Assembly: GCF_006345805.1 (NCBI RefSeq) | Contig: NC_043002.1 | Coordinates: 51,646,001 to 51,710,000, forward strand | Reading direction: 5' to 3' | DNA from: Octopus sinensis | Lineage: Eukaryota | Length of the DNA: 64,000 bases | Shown here: positions 12,618 to 24,501 of the stretch, piece by piece | Position numbering within the stretch: position 1 is the first letter of the stretch | How the letters are laid out: the number at the start of each line of letters is the position of its first letter | Position numbers and translations under genes: made by a program | The notes under the pieces: model-generated | Databases searched by the model: none | Told to the model about the DNA's origin: nothing | What the model saw: only the letters and a program-made list of their open reading frames with translations

Positions 12618-13277
12618 GTAACAGTTCCAGTACCAAAAGCACCTTACGTCAGTAACTAACAAAATCCCCAAACAAAACAACAACACGACAATGTGTTGTG
12701 CTTCATAAATATTATGTTATTGACGACACAGTTCGGCAGAGTTTCGTAAAAAAGAGAAAATAGGAGAATACAAACAAACAACACAGATAGAGGTATTTCG
12801 AGTAGATTTATCAGTTGTTTTGAAGCAATTAGCCTACTTAATTTTAGCATGTTTTGCCAGAGGATTCTACAGTACACACATATTCTAGCTTGTACCTAGT
12901 TTTTAACTTCTCGCCAGTTCGTAAGAGTATATACGACCTTGATAAAAGAACACGAAACAAAACAAAACAAAACAAAAAAGCGTACAGAGACATTTCGCTC
13001 ACATGTACAAGTAACGTGTTTTTTCTTTTTCTCTTTGGGTGGATGTTATTTTGGGCTTTCCTTAAAATATATATTGCATCATTCGGAGCTAGTTTTCAAG
13101 ATATTTGCATAAACTTTTTTTTTTTTTACATGTAAACGCAGTGTTAAGGCAGAAAATTAATATTTACACAAACCGATGTAAACTGACCCACACCAACGCC
13201 TCAACTATTTATGTATATTTTTTATAAACTTAGCCAAGTAGTTATACAAGAATGTAATAATAATAATAATAATAATA

Positions 13278-13311
<34 letters not shown>

Positions 13312-13421
13312 GTGGCTCAAGGCCGAGAGTTTCGTGCATGTCACTTGTCAAACTTCCTCTGTCTGTCTGTCTGTCTGTCTGTCTCACTATATATATATAT
13401 ATATACAGAGAGAGAGAGAGA

Positions 13422-13472
<51 letters not shown>

Positions 13473-13510
13473 TGTATGGAAGCCCACAGTGTATATATAT
13501 ATATATATAT

Positions 13511-13830
13511 ATGGCTTAGTGGTTAGGGCATTCGGCTTACGATCGAAAGGTCGTGAGTTTAAGTTCCGGCAACGCTTTGTGTCCTTGAGCAAGACACTTT
13601 ATTTTCATGTTGCTCCAGTCCACTCAGCTGGCAAAAATGAGTGTTACTTGTATTTCAAAGGGCCAGCATTGTCACACTCAGTGTTGCGCCGCTGAATGTC
13701 CCTGAGAACTATGTTAAGGGTACACGTGTCTGTGGAGTGCTCAGCCACTTGTACGTTTATTTCACGACCAAGCTTTTCCATTGATCGTATCAGCTGGGAC
13801 CCGCGTCGTCGTAACTGACGGACTGCTCCG
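13511..13830 (+). mobile_element. tRNA-derived SINE family C
   Basis: TGGCTTAGTGGTTAGGGC head, GAGTTTAAGTTCC B-box-like motif and a TTGCTCCAGTCCACTCAGCTG conserved block. Confidence 0.75.
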
Positions 13831-14023
13831 ATACATACATACATACATATATATATATATTAGCAAAAACTGTCCGATGAACGGCAACGGGAAACTTAGA
13901 GTAACAGGTTTTGTTGAATTTTCTGCTGCTTTAAATAAAGCACATTACTCTACCACTGGTATTTGAGTACTCTTTTTTCCACCTTGTTTCACATTTATGT
14001 GTTTACTCCGGTATATATATATA

Positions 14024-14056
<33 letters not shown>

Positions 14057-15524
14057 AAGAAATTACAGCAACTTTAGTGGCTGTACTTATTTCATCATCG
14101 AAACTTTATATCGGAAATCCGTTTTACGTACATAAAAAACAGAAACTGAACTAAAAATTTCCCATCATTATTTAAGCAAAGAATGCTCTGTAAGTATAGA
14201 GTTAGCTAACTACACAATATTTCAAGCCAAACGTTGGAAAGAAAGTAAACTCAGTTGTTGTTCTCGTTCTCCTTTATATTTTATTTTCACTTTTTTACGA
14301 AAGTTAATGAGACGTGTCGACTTAAATGTATTCGCTTATGAACCTTTCATAATGTAGTTGTTGGTATTGCTAGGATGCCTTGGGGTTAAACAATAGCAAA
14401 AATATAACAGTCGTTAATATGCTATCTTTTTAGTCACCTACGTTGCCTGATGTGTCGTTTCCTATTTAAGGCGGTAGGGTGGATTTTAAAGGATGTTTTG
14501 GCTGCTATTTCTAGCAGTTTGAGCGACCATGGAGAAGCTGCGTTGTTTACACATCAAACGCACGTGTGTTATGCTATTATTAGTCACGTTGACACAAATA
14601 TTTATTCGCCTACTGCCTACTTACTATCATTGTTTTACATAGGAAAAGATACTTGTTTTTAGAGACATTCGCGTCATCAGCAAAGTGTTGTGGAAGGAAA
14701 AGCAACCAGTTCTGGTAATGGTGGTGGGGTGGGGGTTTTTGTTTCATTTTTTTTTTTTTTTTTTTTACATAAAACATTTTCTTTCTAGACAACAAATTTA
14801 TGATAAATAAGCTATTTTACGTGACCAGTTTCAAACTGGGACTCGAAGCGCTCAGGTTGTATTTGCTTATTGTTATTGACTGACTGACTGACTTCGTCTG
14901 ATAATAAGGTCGCAGTTGCTGTGCCATCCAGGTCTACGACCTAACTACTAGGTTACTGTGGTTTGCGCTCAATAAATAACGACAGTAGCGTGGTTCAGTG
15001 CATTGATTTACCCGGCGGAGTGGTCAATCACGCCGTTAAGAACGGCCCTTCATCTGGATTTCTTTTTTTCTCTTTTCTCTCCTTCCGTCATATTCATACT
15101 ATACACACCACGACCTATAGTGATGAATTATACGCGTTGTTGCAGCGTGTATATTTGTCAAGATGCCGGCTACACTCTCATATTGTCCAGTAAGAAGTTT
15201 GTGACGAGCGAAGCTATGGTTTGAAGCAGAAGAAAATAAAACAAGGAGACTCGGACAGAGCCTTTTAAGAAGGAAAATTCCGCTTAAATTTTATTTTTTA
15301 AAAAATTGTCGCCTGACCGAAAACCAGCTATTTTGGCGAAATAATTCTAACTAAAACTAGATAATGTGACGCAACAGGCATTGCTCTTTGCAACAAGTAT
15401 TAAAGCCACAACACGAAGACTAATAAAACAATAGTCACAGATGTTGTTCTACCAAGCTGATGGTCATTAGATCTTAATTTATTATTTTTCTCCTCAAAAC
15501 AGTTATTTCTATCTTTTATCATTT

Positions 15525-15915
15525 ACTTGCTTCATTCACTGGACTGCAGCCATGCTGGGGCAACGCCTTGAAGATTTTAGTCGAACGAAGCGACCCCAGT
15601 TCTTCTGGTATTTGTAGTATCGGTTTCTTTTCCCGAACTGCTAAGTCGCGTCACCATAACCGTTACGTTACAGGGACGTAGCCTAGCGGTTTCGGCAAAA
15701 GCAATGGGAGTCGGACAAACACAAAGATGCATGCATACATATACGGCGGGCTTCCACACAGTTTCCGTCTGCCAAATTCACTTACGAAGCATTGGTCGGC
15801 TCGGGGGCGTGGGGGGAGGCTACAGCAGAAGACACTTGCCGAGGTACCATGCAATGGGACTGAACTCAAAACCACGTGGTTGCAAGCGATCTTCTTAACC
15901 ACACAGCCAAGCATG
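15525..15915 (-). mobile_element. SINE family A copy in CHAC intron 1
   Basis: Reverse complement of the family A sequence. Confidence 0.8.
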
Positions 15916-15937
15916 CACCTCTAGGCGTACTATTTTC

Positions 15938-15983
<46 letters not shown>

Positions 15984-17136
15984 TGAAATTAATGTTTTGC
16001 GTAATTGTGTAATTGTGAGAGAATAATTTGGGTGGAGATGAGTTTAAAAAAAAAATCGGAAAAAGAAAACTTAAGTGAAAACTGGTAAAATGTGGGATAA
16101 TAAATAATGTCATGCTGATTAAATCTGTCTGGATCAATGAAGAACAAAGTGAAAACGAAATGAATATAATAAAACCACTTTAAGTATGCATGCGAAGGTA
16201 CACACGCACACACTAATGTTAGCATACATTAGCGGTTGCTGCTGTAAGCTCGTTTGAGCTATCAACATAGCCACGCGGCTGACGCTGGTGAAAGCAGCCA
16301 GGCATTATCCTTGATGCAAAAACATTAGGCGACTGCTATTATAAGAGCAATGATAAGCATGCACACACTTAAGAACATGAACATCCATAACCATTCATCC
16401 ATTCCGTCCATCATTCATCCGCCCGTCTCTCTGTCCGTCTGTCCGTCCGTCGGTCCGTCCATCCATCCATCCATCCATCCATCCAGCGATCCATCCATCC
16501 ATCCAGCGATCCATCCATCCAGCCATATCCATCCACGCAAATACTCTAAGCAAAGCTGCCTCTGTCCAATACTTCTTATAGTTGATATTAAAGAAATGTA
16601 TACAAGACAGTAGAGAGACGGTTAAAAAAAGAAAAAAAGGGAAAGGAGACTCTGTAGTTTTTTGATTATTGTATTTGCTAGCATCAATGATGCACAAGCA
16701 TTATAGGACGCACTGCAATTTCAGCACCGCTATTCAGAAAGAAAAAAAAAGTTTCTACTGCATTAAAGTTTATGGGAGGTTCAACTTCGCGTACAAGACC
16801 CGGAATGATGTTCTAAGACATTTCTTTTTCTTTTGGGAAAAATGAAAAAAAAGTGCGTTTTAAATGCCATCAAATGCAGTACGTCCTGACGTTTTGGTTG
16901 GTACCCTGGAAGCGCAGACTAAATGCTATATGCTTAGATTAAACATAGTTTCATATTTTGTCTGACCTCTCTAAATTCCGCTTTTAAAATTCTCCGCTAG
17001 TATCAGTTTAAATATCAGCATTGGGTCTTATGTCCTGTTATGGAATTAGTGAGCATTCGCAGAAGAAAATAATTCAAGCACTAATTTTGTAAATAAGTTG
17101 AAACAGTATATACAAAGATAAATACATAACGCTTAC

Positions 17137-17295
17137 CTTTTCTTTTGTGCCGCGCTGGTACATGTTGCCCTGCCAAAATGTGCGCTTGAACCCTTTTATG
17201 TAGCCAATTAACTTCTTTCTGTAACAGATGTTTGGTTTCCACGTTAGGGAACCATACCCAAACACCCATAATGAATCTGTCTTTTCAATTATCAT
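17137..17295 (-). CDS. CHAC1: ChaC-family glutathione-specific gamma-glutamylcyclotransferase (CHAC1-like), coding exon 1
   Basis: Translates MIIEKTDSLWVFGYGSLTWKPNICYRKKLIGYIKGFKRTFWQGNMYQRGTKEK, with the ChaC W-x-F-G-Y-G-S-L and R-x-F-W-Q-G motifs. It ends at a strong donor AAG|GTAAGC (GT at 17136-17135); 159 nt, phase 0. Confidence 0.95.
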
Positions 17296-17639
17296 CGCTG
17301 GTAGATTCGTTTCACGAAAGATTACGATAACCTCCGTAAAACTCAGCTGTTTTGTTTACAATATAAGTTAATAATAGCTATCTATCTATCTATCTATATA
17401 TATATATATATATATATGTAGATAGATATATTTATACATATAAATATATAGATCGAAAAACAGTTCGCTTAGAATATTAGTTATATATCGTTTAACGATA
17501 GAAAATTTTCTTGTAAATCAAGTTAATCGTTTGATCCGCACTAAACAAAGTTTCCGCAGACTTGCTAAATATTTCGTCTCTCTTCGAGTGGAGTATTTTA
17601 CAAACAACTGTAGCATCAAGCTCGTCAAAGCATTTTTAT

Positions 17640-17776
17640 CAACACTTATTGGCTCCTCCTTTTACTCGGCAGCCAATAAATATTTCTTGTGGGCGGTATT
17701 TGTATTTCGTTCCTCAATAGTCTATCTACTTTTCTTGTTTGACCAGTTGACAGTCGGTAAATAATGAAATATACAA

Positions 17777-17829
<53 letters not shown>

Positions 17830-17870
17830 TAATAATAAAACCAAATGAAACAAAACTATTGCATCACTCT
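17640..17870 (-). promoter_or_regulatory. Putative CHAC1-like promoter: two CCAAT boxes, a GC box and a C/EBP-ATF (CARE/AARE) element
   Basis: ATTGG 17648-17652, CCAAT 17673-17677, GGGCGG 17691-17696 and ATTGCATCA 17858-17866, lying 350-570 bp upstream of the ATG in non-repetitive sequence. Confidence 0.5.
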
Positions 17871-17885
17871 GACATGTTTTTAATG

Positions 17886-17923
<38 letters not shown>

Positions 17924-17924
<1 letters not shown>

Positions 17925-18344
17925 GGCGGCGAGCAGGAGGAATGGATGATGTTACGCCGGAGAAAATGATTTGTGGCATTTCGTCCATCGCTACGTTCTG
18001 AGATCAAATTCCGCTGAGGTCGACTTTGCCTTTCATCCTTTCGAGGTCAATAAATTAAGTACCAGTTATGCACTGGAGTTCAATGTAATCGATTATGCCC
18101 CTTCCCCAAATTTCAGGCCTTGCGCCTAAAGTAGAGTAGCTTCTTCTTCTTCTTCTTCTTCTTCTTCTTCTTCTTCTTCTTCTTCTTCTTCTTCTTCTTC
18201 TTCTTCTTCTTCTTCTTTTTCTTTCTTCTTCTTCTTCTTCTTCTTCTTCTTCTTCTTCTTCTTCTTCTTCTTCTTCTTCTTCTTCTTCTTCTTCTTCTTC
18301 TTCTTCTTCTTCTTCTTCTTCTTCTTCTTCTTCTTCTTCTTCTT

Positions 18345-18375
<31 letters not shown>

Positions 18376-18572
18376 ATGTGGCGAGCTGGCAGAATCGGTA
18401 GCACGCCGGGCGAAATGCTTAGTAGTATTTCGTCTGTCTTTGTGTTCTGAGCTCAAATTCCGCCGAGGTCGACTTTGCCTTCCATCCTTTCGGAGTCGAT
18501 AAATTAAGTACCAGTTGCGTACTGGGATCGATCTAGTCGACTAGCCCCCCCCTCCCCCCAAATTTCGAGCCT
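17924..18572 (+). mobile_element. Two SINE family B copies separated by (TTC)n
   Basis: Family B consensus at 17924-18130 and 18376-18572. Confidence 0.8.
18141..18374 (+). repeat. (TTC)n microsatellite
   Basis: Near-perfect trinucleotide run. Confidence 0.98.
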
Positions 18573-18714
18573 TGAACTGGATTTACACCAAAATACTGAG
18601 AATAAAATTCGGCAGAACTCTAAGCAGAATCAGTCTGGTGTGTGTGCACAAGGGTGCGTGCATGTGTGTGCATGTGCGTGTGTGTGTGTGCGTGCAGTAA
18701 GCATGACTGGTGCA

Positions 18715-18870
18715 GGTATGGCTGTATAGTTAAGGATCTCGCTGTGCAACTAAGTAGTTTCGAGTTCAATCCCAATGGATGGCACCTTGAGAAAATGTTA
18801 GCTCCGAGTCAGCCAATATCTTGTGAATGAATTTGGTAGGTGCAAACTTTGTGAAAGCCCGACGTGTTTG

Positions 18871-18955
<85 letters not shown>

Positions 18956-18957
18956 GT

Positions 18958-19025
<68 letters not shown>

Positions 19026-19101
19026 ATCTATTTCTGTGTGTATGTGTGTGTATGTGTGTGTATGTGTGTGTGTGTGTATGTGTGTGTATGTGTGTGTGTG
19101 T

Positions 19102-19146
<45 letters not shown>

Positions 19147-19547
19147 TGTGTGTGTGTGTTCGTCTCCTACCACCGCTTGGTTTGTTAGTGTCCGCGTAAG
19201 CTTGCGGTTCGGCAAAGGAAGGTTGAAAAAAAGAAAAAAAAAAACTACCAGACGTTTTAAAAAGTCAATACTGCATGCGATTTGTTTGCCTAAGTCCTTC
19301 AAGGTGGTGCCCAAGCATGGCCACAGTCACTGACAGAAACAAGTGGATGATGGAAGAACAAAACGTTGTCTGTGTGTATGGTTATGTATTTGCACAGAAC
19401 CGCCTTAACAGAAGAAAAGGCGCACGAGAAAAGCAATTCACTGAACTCCTACGTATTTAACCACGAAAGTTTCTTGATTTCTCTCTTTGTTTATACTATC
19501 TATCTATCTATCAATCTATCTATCTATCTATCTGTCTGTCTGCCTGC

Positions 19548-19605
<58 letters not shown>

Positions 19606-19890
19606 GTCTGTCTATCTGTCGGTCTGTCTGTCTGTCTGTCTGTCTGGTCTGTCTATCTATCTATCTATCTATATCTATCTATCTATTCTATCTGTCTGTC
19701 TGTCTGTCTGTCTGTATCTGTCTCTATCTATCTATCTGTCTGTCTGTCTGTCTGTCGTCTGTCTGGTTGTCAGTCTGTCTGTCTGTATCTATCTATCTAT
19801 CTATCTATCATCTATCTATCTATCTATCTATCTGTCTGTCTGTCTGTCTGTCGTCCTGTCTGTCTGTCTATCTATCTATCTATCTGTCTA

Positions 19891-19987
<97 letters not shown>

Positions 19988-20175
19988 ATAAGACTGCGGC
20001 CAAGCTGGGCCACCGCATTGAAGAATTTTTAGTCGAATGAAGTGAGCCCAGAATTTTTTAGTTTTTATTAAAGCCTGGTCCTTATACTATCAGTCGCTTT
20101 TGCCGAACTGCTAAGTTACGGGGACGTAAACACATCAGCAACGACTGTCAAACCGTAGTTGGAGAACAGATAGAA

Positions 20176-20250
<75 letters not shown>

Positions 20251-20438
20251 CACACACCACACACACACACACACACACATTCACGACGGGCTTCTTTTCC
20301 GTTTCTGTCTATCATATCCACTCACAAAACTCTGCTCGACCCGAGGCTATTGTAGAAGACACTTGCTCGAGGTGCCACGTAGTGGAACTGAACTTGAAAC
20401 CATGTAGTTGGGAAACAATCCTCTTACCACACAGCCAA
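18715..20438. mobile_element. Two SINE family A copies tail-to-tail (18715-19335 plus; 19990-20438 minus)
   Basis: Family A heads and tails separated by (TCTA/TCTG)n. Confidence 0.75.
18871..19988 (+). repeat. (TCTA)n/(TCTG)n/(TG)n compound microsatellites
   Basis: Runs at 18871-19160 and 19497-19988. Confidence 0.97.
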
Positions 20439-20769
20439 GGAAAAAGAAGTCGAAATTCTAAAAAGACCAAACAGAATTAAAACAAATCTCGTCTGATAAT
20501 TCTTCATACGCCAGACGCTTTGATCACCGGAGTTCTTTTATTAATGGCAAAATATATCTCAACATTTTTAATCTAAGATTGAGCACTTCCATAATTATCA
20601 TATTTTAACAACTTTCTTCACTTTGAAGGCTTATAAAATTTTTTTTTAATATTTGTTAGTTTTAATATGAAAACAAACTTTTCACCAGAACCTAGGTCAC
20701 CTCTCTCTCTAGTTTAAAAATTTTGTTGAATAATAAACTAAACTTTTCGCATAGATGTTACTATTGAAA

Positions 20770-20821
<52 letters not shown>

Positions 20822-20823
<2 letters not shown>

Positions 20824-21000
20824 AGACGCGAGCGGGCACGCCGGGCAAAATACTTAGCGGAATTTAGTCCAACTTTATGTTCTGAGTTCAAACACCACCG
20901 AGATCAACTTTGCCTTTCATCCTTTCGGCGTCGGGAACTTAAGTACCAGTGAAACACTGGGGTCGGTGTAATCGACTGGTTCCTCTTACAAAATTTCAGG

Positions 21001-21051
<51 letters not shown>

Positions 21052-22205
21052 GTTTATTATGATTAAATGTGAAAGCAATGCATGTCATCAGAGTGACACT
21101 GGCGGTGTATATACGAAACCCAGTATACTCATCGTGACTACCCGTCCGATAAGGGTACACCAGGTACATGTATCACAACCATCAGAGATGTACATATTGT
21201 CAGTCATGTCAGTCACTAAGAGACATGCTCAACTGGTTATGGTCAAACAACTGACTAGCAAATCTGTGGTATTGAACAGAATACTTACTGTAGCCCATCG
21301 TTTATATCAAGACAAAACAATGTACATGATAACACTTCCAATCAGTTAAGATCAGAAGCCACGAGAGCCACTGCCTGGTACTGCATCAGGGCATTAAAAC
21401 CGCGAGCGGACACACCGAGTAAAATGCTTAGCGGCATTTCGTTCGTCTTTACGTTCTGAGTTCAAACACCACTGATGTCGACTTTGCCTTTCATACTTTC
21501 GGAATCGGTAAATTAAGTACCAGTGAAACACTGGAGTCGATGTAATCGACTACTCATCATGACTACCCGTCCGATAAGGGCACCCCAGGCACATGCATCA
21601 CAATCATCAGAAATGCACATATCGTCAGCCACTAAGCGACATGCTCAACTGGTTATGGTCAAACAATTGGCAAACAAATCTCTGGTATTAAGCAGAATAT
21701 TTGCTGTAGCCCATCTTTTATATCAAGACAAAACAATGTACATGATAACACTTCCAATCAGTTAAGATCAAAAGCCACGAGAGCCACTGCTTGTTACTGC
21801 ATCAGAGCATTAAAGCCGCGAGCGGGCATGCCAGGCAAAACGTTTAGCGGCATTTCGTCCTTCTTTACGTTCAGAGTTCAAAACCTGCCGATTTCGACTT
21901 TGCTTTTCATCCTTTCGGGGTCGTTAAAATAAGCAGCAGCTGAGTACTGGGGTCGATTTAATCGACTTACCCTATCTCCGAAATTGCTGGCCTTGTGTCA
22001 AAATTTAAATTCATTATTAAGGCAGCGAGATGGCAGACTCGTTAAAACGCCAGAAAAATGCTTAGCAGCATTTCATCCGTCTTTACGTTCTGGGTTCAAA
22101 TTTCACCGAGGTTGGCTTTGGCCTTTCATCCGTTCGGGAGTCGATAAAATAAGTACCAATTGAGCCCTATTCTCACAAATTTTAGGCCCCGTGGTGGCCA
22201 ATAAA
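20822..22205 (+). mobile_element. Cluster of four SINE family B copies with a duplicated unclassified module
   Basis: Family B at 20822, 21397, 21815 and 22019; an unclassified module at 21065-21395 and 21556-21812. Confidence 0.8.
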
Positions 22206-22597
22206 AGAAATCATTATTTTGAAAGTTCATATTTTAAAAAAAGAGATTGCATTCTCGATGTTGGATTAAATATAAACTTTAAGGTGTAGAGACTTTATTA
22301 AGTAAATCTGTTCGATTTTTAAATTGTACATATTCGGAGTTCAAACCGCTAAACTGGCCAAACTGTTATGACCTACGCCATAGACACTGCGCAGTGGCCG
22401 CACGACAAATCTCAGCAAGATTATGAGCCTCTTCCGATATTTCTAGAGACCACCCATCCACCGGCCACAGGAATAAATGTTTAATGAAATTAAACATCAC
22501 TTTGTTTATATTTCCAACAAAATCAGTTTGAGTGTTAAATCCAAGGAGAAAGAAAACAGAGAGTATGAATCTTTAAGGATTTTCTTCTTCCTTTTTT

Positions 22598-22918
22598 CGT
22601 AACGAAACACTAAAATCTCCTTCCCAAACTTCAGCCATCACCTCACCACTTTCCAAAAACCTACAAACTCCCAATGTTTCACTTTTAGCTTTTTGGAAAG
22701 CAGGGAAGTTTCTTCGGAAATAATGTCGTTTACCTGTTGTTCCTAGCATGTCGGGTTTTCTGGTAGGTCTGGTATTTTTTACGTCTGCTATTTCAGTACA
22801 ATTCTACGCATGCGTAAAACATCACACGAAAGTGAAACATTGGGACGTTTTAGCTTTCTGAAAGTAGACAGCTGATGGGTGGGCGAGGTTGGCGAAGGAG
22901 CATTGTGTGTTTCTTTAA
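22598..22918. mobile_element. Fold-back MITE with ~85-bp imperfect TIRs (possibly Kolobok-like)
   Basis: A perfect inner IR TCCCAATGTTTCACTTT / AAAGTGAAACATTGGGA extends outward imperfectly to GAAACAC / GTGTTTC; the right end abuts TTAA. Confidence 0.5.
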
Positions 22919-22989
22919 GAAAAATTAAACTTTAAAAAAAGTATATTTCCCAGATTCGTAATCTCTGTATTTTTCTACGTGGACGATAA

Positions 22990-23275
22990 AAAAAATCAAT
23001 TCGATAAAAGTTACAAATTAAGAAATTGCGGTGGGTACTGGGGGAAATAAAAATTTTGAAAGCGTGAAACAATACATAGTTTGTGATCCTTCTTTGCGAA
23101 CCCATGCAAATTGTACCCTCGCCCGCTTCACTTTTAAACAAACAATAACTTCCATTACACCAGTAATCCAGTTCACTATATATCAGCTGTGCCGTTTCTG
23201 CCCATAATAAAGGAACAAATAATATAATGTAGTTGTAGGCCACAACGCCCGAGCAACGCCGGGATGCATTGCTAG
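22990..23275 (+). mobile_element. Non-autonomous Helitron 3' end (5' boundary not defined)
   Basis: Subterminal hairpin CCCG-AGCAACGC-CGGG (23248-23263), then GCTAG|T at 23275. Confidence 0.7.
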
Positions 23276-23658
23276 TATTCACTAAATTTGTTTCTGATTT
23301 CTTTAAGATACATTTTCAGCAACTTAAGAAGATTCAAAGCAACAGGTACGTCCAGTTTTTCGAAAATGTTTCAAACAATATCCAGAATGACCACTTCCAT
23401 GTTTGCCTTCTGTTCTGTATCTCACCTTATTCAGAGTCAGCAGGTGCAGAATAGAAACCAGTGTGTCTCTATGTTTCTGGAAACCTCAGTAGAAAGCCTG
23501 AATAGTCTCAAAATATCAGGATCATCTTATATCAGACACTTCAAAAATAAATAAATAAATAAATGAATAAATAATAAATAAAATTTTTTAAAATAATAAT
23601 AGAAAGCCAAAATATATCTGTGTGTAGAAGAGAAAAAGGAATACGTCAAAGACTTTTA

Positions 23659-23831
23659 CGAGGGGTTGCTGAAAAGTTCCTGGCTTTAATGGTATCACGA
23701 AAGGCCTGGTTGGAGGCCCAATCTTCCGAATTCTTTTGTAGGGCTTAAAAAACGGAAGGACCGCTGCAATTTGTGAATTTGAGAGGAGGCTATGTTGAAT
23801 AAAATCATAATTAACTGATCCTCATGTCTCG
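23659..23831 (+). mobile_element. Second copy of the mariner-derived MITE (right TIR largely deleted)
   Basis: Aligns to 40569-40740; TA on both sides. Confidence 0.75.
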
Positions 23832-23970
23832 TATAATCCGTAGACAACATTCTGACGCTTTTACTCTCGTCAAATTTTGACTGTGTGCAGCTCAGGGGAC
23901 ATAAACGGCGAACTCGTTCGGTTGAGGGATCAGTGATTGCAATCCTTGCAATCCAGTATAGCCCCTAGAC

Positions 23971-24501
23971 CAGTGTTTCCCAACTATTTTTCCCCAGGCC
24001 CCACTGTAACTTTCCAGAAAAATGTAAGTCACACTGGTGGTTAAAAAAAAAAAAAGCAACTTTACTATTAATATTTTATCACAGTAAGGCGGTGAGCTGG
24101 CAGAATTGTTAGCACGCCGAGCGAAATGCTTAGAGGCATTTCATCCGTTTTCATGTTCTGAGTTCAATTTCCGTTGAGGTCGACTTTGCCTTTCATCCTT
24201 TTGGGGTCGATAAAATGAGTACCAGTGAAATACTGGGGTTGACTTACCCCACTTTCCGAAATTGCTGGCCTTGTGCCAAAAATTGAAATTAATATTTTAT
24301 CATAGTTATCTAATACAAAGGTATTTACAGGTAACTCTTTTAAGTACTGAGTACAAAATTAAAGTACCATTATTGGCTAAGAAAAGAAAGAAGTGGATCA
24401 CTTTAATAAGAATGTTGTGCATGGCGACTACGGCATCACACCCGGCCACAATTTTTCCAGGCCCCCACCTGTGGGGCATAGCCCTACGTTGGGAATAACT
24501 A
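23971..24501 (+). mobile_element. hAT (Charlie-type) MITE with a nested SINE
   Basis: CAGTGTTTCCCAAC ... GTTGGGAATAACTA; 8-bp TSD-like CCCTAGAC / CTCTAGAT (the NTCTAGAN target). Confidence 0.75.
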
